A stretch of 64,000 nt of DNA, taken from NCBI GenBank assembly GCA_942492915.1, contig OW818662.1, positions 3,693,257 to 3,757,256 on the forward strand, given 5' to 3'. This stretch comes from an uncultured Leptospiraceae bacterium. GTDB taxonomy: Bacteria > Spirochaetota > Leptospiria > Turneriellales > Turneriellaceae. A program made the position numbers and the translations under genes. How positions within the stretch are numbered: the stretch's first letter is position 1; each line of letters starts with the position of its first letter. Positions 60,009 to 64,000 of the stretch are shown piece after piece. A model generated the notes under the pieces. That model was not told the DNA's origin, did no database searches, and saw nothing but the letters and a program-made list of their open reading frames with translations.

Positions 60009-62402
60009 GTGATCAAAGTTTCTTCTGACCTGAAGGCAGAGCTCAAGCAAGGTTTCCAGCGCCACCTGAACTATTCTCTCGGGCGTACGCTCGACGAACT
60101 CACGCCAACTGACGCCTATATATCGCTCTCGCTTTCACTGCGTGATCTGATGATGCATCGGCTGATCGTGAAGCGCCGTAAATCGCGCCACCACAAACGT
60201 GTCTATTACCTGTCGATGGAGTTTTTGATGGGCAAGATGCTGAACGTTGCGCTCGTCAATATGAATCTTCGCCATGAGGCCGCAGAAATTCTCGAAGAAT
60301 TCGGCTGCAAACTCGACGACCTGCTGACCATAGAGCCCGACGCAGCGCTCGGCAACGGCGGTCTCGGCCGGCTCGCTGCGTGCTTTCTCGACAGCATGGC
60401 CCACCTCGACTACCCCTGCATCGGCGCCGGCCTGTGCTATGAGTTTGGTCTCTTTAAACAATCATTCAAAGACGGTGCGCAGCAAGAATCGCCCGACGTC
60501 TGGCTCGCGGGCAATTACCCGTGGCTCATCGACCGGCACGATAAACGCTACGAAATTCGTTTTGGTGGCCATACGCACCGCGAAGTCGATAAAACGTTCT
60601 GGCACGATGGCGAAACCGTGGTTGCACGTGCGCGCGACATGTTGATACCTGGCAACGGTTCACAGGGTATCGCGATGCTGCGCCTGTGGTGGGCCGAGCA
60701 TAGCGCCGACTTCGGTCTCGACTATTTTCAGCACGGCGACTATATCAAGGCGATGGCCGACCAGGTGCATTCTGAGTCGATCTCTAAGGTGCTTTACCCG
60801 AGCGACAACAACCTCAAGGGGCTCGAGCTGCGCCTGCGGCAAGAATATTTTCTTGCGAGCGCAACAATTCAAGACGCTTTGGCGGCCTTTAAGCATGAAG
60901 AGGCGGATCTATCCCTCTTACCCGATCGCGTCTTCTTTCAGCTGAACGACACGCATCCCGCGATCGCGATCGCCGAACTGCAGCGTATACTCGTCGACAT
61001 CGAGAACCTGCCGTGGGGCAAAGCGTGGGAAATCACCCGCAAGTGCATGGGCTATACAAACCACACAATCATGCCCGAAGCTCTTGAAAAGTGGAATCTT
61101 GATCTTTTTGGCCGATTGCTGCCGCGGCACCTTGAGATTATCTATGACATCAACTTCTTGTTTCTGAAAGACCTGCACCAGCACGATTTCAGCGAAGAAG
61201 AAATTGCGCGCGCGTCGATCATCGAAGAGGGACATCCTAAACGCATTCGCATGGCTTCGCTTTCTGTCGTCGGCTCGTCGGCGGTAAACGGGGTTTCGGC
61301 TTTGCACAGTGAACTCGTCAAGACCAGACTTTTTCCCGAGTTTGCGCGGCTTTGGCCCGAGAAATTTTCAAACAAGACGAATGGCATCGCGTTCAGGCGC
61401 TGGCTTGTTGCGGCAAATCCGCAGCTGACGGCACTGATCAATGAAGCGATCGGCGACAAGTGGCACAACGATCACACTCTGCTCAAGGGCCTTTTGCCGT
61501 TTCGCGCTGATTCGATGTTTCGCGACAAGTGGCTGCAAATTCGCCAGCACAATAAGACGCTTCTCTATGACATCATTAAAGAAAAAAATCACATTACTCT
61601 GCCGTCAGAGACCTTCTTTGACGTTCATGTGAAGCGTATTCATGAATACAAGCGCCAGCTGCTCAATCTGATGCGCATAGCACGCATCTGCCTCGAAATT
61701 CTTGCCGGCAGCTACAAGGTCGAACGCCACCGTACGTTTATCTTCGCCGGCAAGGCCGCACCAGGTTACCACCGCGCAAAGCTGATGATCAGGCTGGCGA
61801 ACGCGTTGTCGTCTTACATAGAGAAGAACCCTTTGATTCGCAAGCGCATTCAGCTGGTGTTTCTCCCTAATTTTTCCGTGTCGCTCGCTGAACGCATTTA
61901 CCCGGCATCAGATTTGTCAGAGCAGATCAGCACCGCCGGCACCGAGGCGTCAGGCACCGGCAACATGAAGTTCATGCTGAACGGGGTTGTGACTTTCGGT
62001 ACGCTTGACGGAGCCAATATTGAGATTGGCGAAGAGGCGGGCGCGGAGAATATTTATATCTTCGGCAAGACCGTTGAAGAGTTGCGTAGACTGCACCTCG
62101 AAGGGTATAATCCCGTTGAGATGGCGCGCCGGCAAGACCTCAAAGAAATTTTTGATTTTTTCGAGCTGCTGCACGCCGACTTCCGCGAGTTCACAGATGC
62201 GCTGACCTACCAGGGTGACGGCTACTACCACCTCGCCGATTTCGACAGCTATTGGCAGGTGCAAGAAAAGATCATGGCGGATTACGAAAACACACCCGAC
62301 TGGGTTGCCAAGGGAATCACGAACACCGCCTGTTCAGGAAAATTCTCGTCAGACCGCACCGTGCAGCAATACGCACGCGAGATTTGGCACATTATCGAAT
62401 GA
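60009..62402 (+). CDS. glgP: Glycogen/alpha-glucan phosphorylase.
   Basis: PLP-lysine region EASGTGNMKFMLNG. 797 aa. Confidence 0.9.
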   Translation: MIKVSSDLKAELKQGFQRHLNYSLGRTLDELTPTDAYISLSLSLRDLMMHRLIVKRRKSRHHKRVYYLSMEFLMGKMLNVALVNMNLRHEAAEILEEFGCKLDDLLTIEPDAALGNGGLGRLAACFLDSMAHLDYPCIGAGLCYEFGLFKQSFKDGAQQESPDVWLAGNYPWLIDRHDKRYEIRFGGHTHREVDKTFWHDGETVVARARDMLIPGNGSQGIAMLRLWWAEHSADFGLDYFQHGDYIKAMADQVHSESISKVLYPSDNNLKGLELRLRQEYFLASATIQDALAAFKHEEADLSLLPDRVFFQLNDTHPAIAIAELQRILVDIENLPWGKAWEITRKCMGYTNHTIMPEALEKWNLDLFGRLLPRHLEIIYDINFLFLKDLHQHDFSEEEIARASIIEEGHPKRIRMASLSVVGSSAVNGVSALHSELVKTRLFPEFARLWPEKFSNKTNGIAFRRWLVAANPQLTALINEAIGDKWHNDHTLLKGLLPFRADSMFRDKWLQIRQHNKTLLYDIIKEKNHITLPSETFFDVHVKRIHEYKRQLLNLMRIARICLEILAGSYKVERHRTFIFAGKAAPGYHRAKLMIRLANALSSYIEKNPLIRKRIQLVFLPNFSVSLAERIYPASDLSEQISTAGTEASGTGNMKFMLNGVVTFGTLDGANIEIGEEAGAENIYIFGKTVEELRRLHLEGYNPVEMARRQDLKEIFDFFELLHADFREFTDALTYQGDGYYHLADFDSYWQVQEKIMADYENTPDWVAKGITNTACSGKFSSDRTVQQYAREIWHIIE

Positions 62403-64000
62403 TTTTTCCCGTTACGGGTTTCACTTGCAGTGCTGCGGTGCAGCAACGGCTGGGCCGGGCATCGGCTTTTCACACCAGTCGCCTGGTCGTCCGCGACTTT
62501 GAGGATAGCTCAAAGTTTCGCGGCACGCTCGCCATTCAGGCCGACGACCTGTTTGTCACGAAAGCCGCCTGGCTCTCTGAGATGTTGCACCGGGTTCTGC
62601 TGCGGACGCAGTTTCAGGCAAAAATGCCGCCAACTACTCAGACCGAAGTGTCTGGGTTTCTCGGCGTAAAGCCGGTCGATGCAGACCTGCCCCTTGTCGC
62701 TCTGCTGTGGCTGAGCGCTGCAAATCCGGCTTTGGCAGCGCTCGGCACTTGCTTTGCAGGTGCTGAAAAAATCGCCCAGCTTGATTTTCTAAGCAATACT
62801 GCCGCCGGGCATCGGTTGCTGCAACTGCTGCTCGATAACGGTCCTTCGGTCGATGCGCAGCTGCAGGCACTCGTACTGCACCTGCCGGGTCTGCTCAGCT
62901 CTGAAGAACGCCAACTGATGCGACAGATGATGCGCTATGACCACGGCGCGCGGTTTTTCCCCGGCGGGCCCGGCGAGCCACAATACCGGCACGCGATGCA
63001 GTCAGGCGGCGCCATTAGCCGCAGCGTAGACGCTCCCTGGATGCGCGAACTCGTTCTAGTTGCAAAAATCGTTTCGGTTTGGCTGGCCGATGTCGGCCGT
63101 CGGTTCGAGCGCGAGGTGCATCGCCTCGACGAGATACCCGAAGATGAAATTATTCGCATCGGCGCACTGGGTGTGAATGGCATTTGGCTCGTCGGCCTGT
63201 GGCAGCGTAGCCCCGCCTCGGCGCGCATCAAGTCGCTGACAGGGGGTAAAAACTATGCATCGGCATATTCTGTGTTTGACTACCGCGTCGCCGATGAGTG
63301 GGGCGGTGAACCGGCTCTGCAAAAATTCAAACAGCTCTGCGACCGGCATGGTATTCGCCTCGGCTGCGACATGGTGCCGAACCATACGGGCATCGACTCA
63401 AAGTGGATGCGTGAAAACCCGGACTGGTTTATGCAGACAGAGGTGAACCCATTTCCCGGCTATAGGTATAACGGCGAGAACCTTTCGGATAGCGGCTCGA
63501 ATGAAATACGGCTTGAAGACCATTACTTTGATAAGTCCGACGCTGCGGTGGTCTTCGCTCTTGATCGGGACCAAAGGCGTCGTTATATCTATCACGGCAA
63601 CGACGGCACCGGTTTACCGTGGAATGACACTGCACAGCTCGACCACACGAACCCCGAGGTGAGGCGCGCGCTCATCGAAACGGCGATCGCGCTTTCGCAG
63701 AACTTTTCGATCATACGCTTCGATGCCGCGATGACGCTGACACGCGCGCACTACCGCCGCCTCTGGTTTCCGCACGCTGACGAAGCCCCGGTAATCGCGA
63801 GCCGTTCTGTTTATGCCCTGCCGCAGCATGAATTCGATGCACGTATGCCTGCCGAATTCTGGGCAGAACTCGTCACCGCGTTTCGCGAGCGCAGCGCCGA
63901 TACTCTGCTTGTCGCTGAAGCGTTCTGGATGACCGAAATGTATTTTGTGCGCTCGCTTGGCATGCACCGCGTCTACAACAGCGCCTTCATGCACGCGCTG
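62399..64000 (+). CDS. GH13 (alpha-amylase family) glycoside hydrolase with an about 230-aa N-terminal domain. 3' end beyond the window.
   Basis: ATG at 62399 overlapping the glgP stop (ATGA). I translated by hand an uninterrupted frame to the window end. GH13 regions GVNGIWLVGLW (I), CDMVPNHTG (I/II), IIRFDAAMTL (II), LVAEAFWM (III). Absent from the ORF track because there is no stop within the window. Confidence 0.7.
   Translation, partial: MIFPVTGFTCSAAVQQRLGRASAFHTSRLVVRDFEDSSKFRGTLAIQADDLFVTKAAWLSEMLHRVLLRTQFQAKMPPTTQTEVSGFLGVKPVDADLPLVALLWLSAANPALAALGTCFAGAEKIAQLDFLSNTAAGHRLLQLLLDNGPSVDAQLQALVLHLPGLLSSEERQLMRQMMRYDHGARFFPGGPGEPQYRHAMQSGGAISRSVDAPWMRELVLVAKIVSVWLADVGRRFEREVHRLDEIPEDEIIRIGALGVNGIWLVGLWQRSPASARIKSLTGGKNYASAYSVFDYRVADEWGGEPALQKFKQLCDRHGIRLGCDMVPNHTGIDSKWMRENPDWFMQTEVNPFPGYRYNGENLSDSGSNEIRLEDHYFDKSDAAVVFALDRDQRRRYIYHGNDGTGLPWNDTAQLDHTNPEVRRALIETAIALSQNFSIIRFDAAMTLTRAHYRRLWFPHADEAPVIASRSVYALPQHEFDARMPAEFWAELVTAFRERSADTLLVAEAFWMTEMYFVRSLGMHRVYNSAFMHAL

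Noticed and set aside
57641-60065. Long minus-strand ORFs (57641..58246, 58626..59228, 59012..59704, 59415..60065) overlapping the P-type ATPase.
   Set aside because: Antisense to a gene with textbook P-type ATPase motifs. Arg/Ala-rich translations typical of GC-rich antisense frames.
62935-63994. Minus-strand ORFs 62935..63231, 63056..63385 and 63614..63994.
   Set aside because: They overlap the hand-verified + strand GH13 reading frame, which carries conserved catalytic regions.

Overview
This is a GC-rich (roughly 55-60%), densely coding chromosomal segment with about 60 supportable protein-coding genes. I found no rRNA, tRNA or CRISPR arrays. The gene content (many lipoproteins and secreted proteins, an orphan CheA, an FlhB-C-terminus-like protein, HD-GYP, GGDEF-EAL, a class III adenylate cyclase, an exosortase-type sorting system) resembles a high-GC free-living spirochete such as Leptospiraceae; that is an inference from gene content, not a database result.

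Core metabolism and housekeeping genes I can support:
- carB, carbamoyl-phosphate synthase large subunit
- a ClpP-family protease
- adenosine deaminase
- polyprenyl synthetase
- CoaB
- PdxH
- the lipid-metabolism pair patatin and ThiF/MoeB
- a P-type cation ATPase
- glycogen phosphorylase followed by an open-ended GH13 alpha-amylase-family gene that the supplied ORF track missed

The most unusual loci:
- A short exosortase (XrtN-like) translationally overlapping a huge polytopic protein that ends in a literal MSEP-TM-KRR C-terminal sorting signal.
- A secreted PI-PLC-like domain fused to a canonical C-type lectin domain (EPN and WND motifs), next to a Lif-like membrane-anchored helical protein.
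- A CheA whose approximately 250-residue C-terminal extension carries a CheC/CheX-type phosphatase signature.
- An operon with two tandem paralogous mini membrane proteins between a TPR lipoprotein and a VOC enzyme.
- An FlhB-C-terminus-like ORF in the same frame as, and separated by a single TAA from, the upstream ORF.
- A compositionally foreign low-GC islet carrying a secreted SH3b-like protein.
- A lamin-tail-domain plus metzincin lipoprotein.
- A hairpin-rich intergenic element.

Many antisense or overlapping ORFs in the track are GC-driven artefacts and were discarded.
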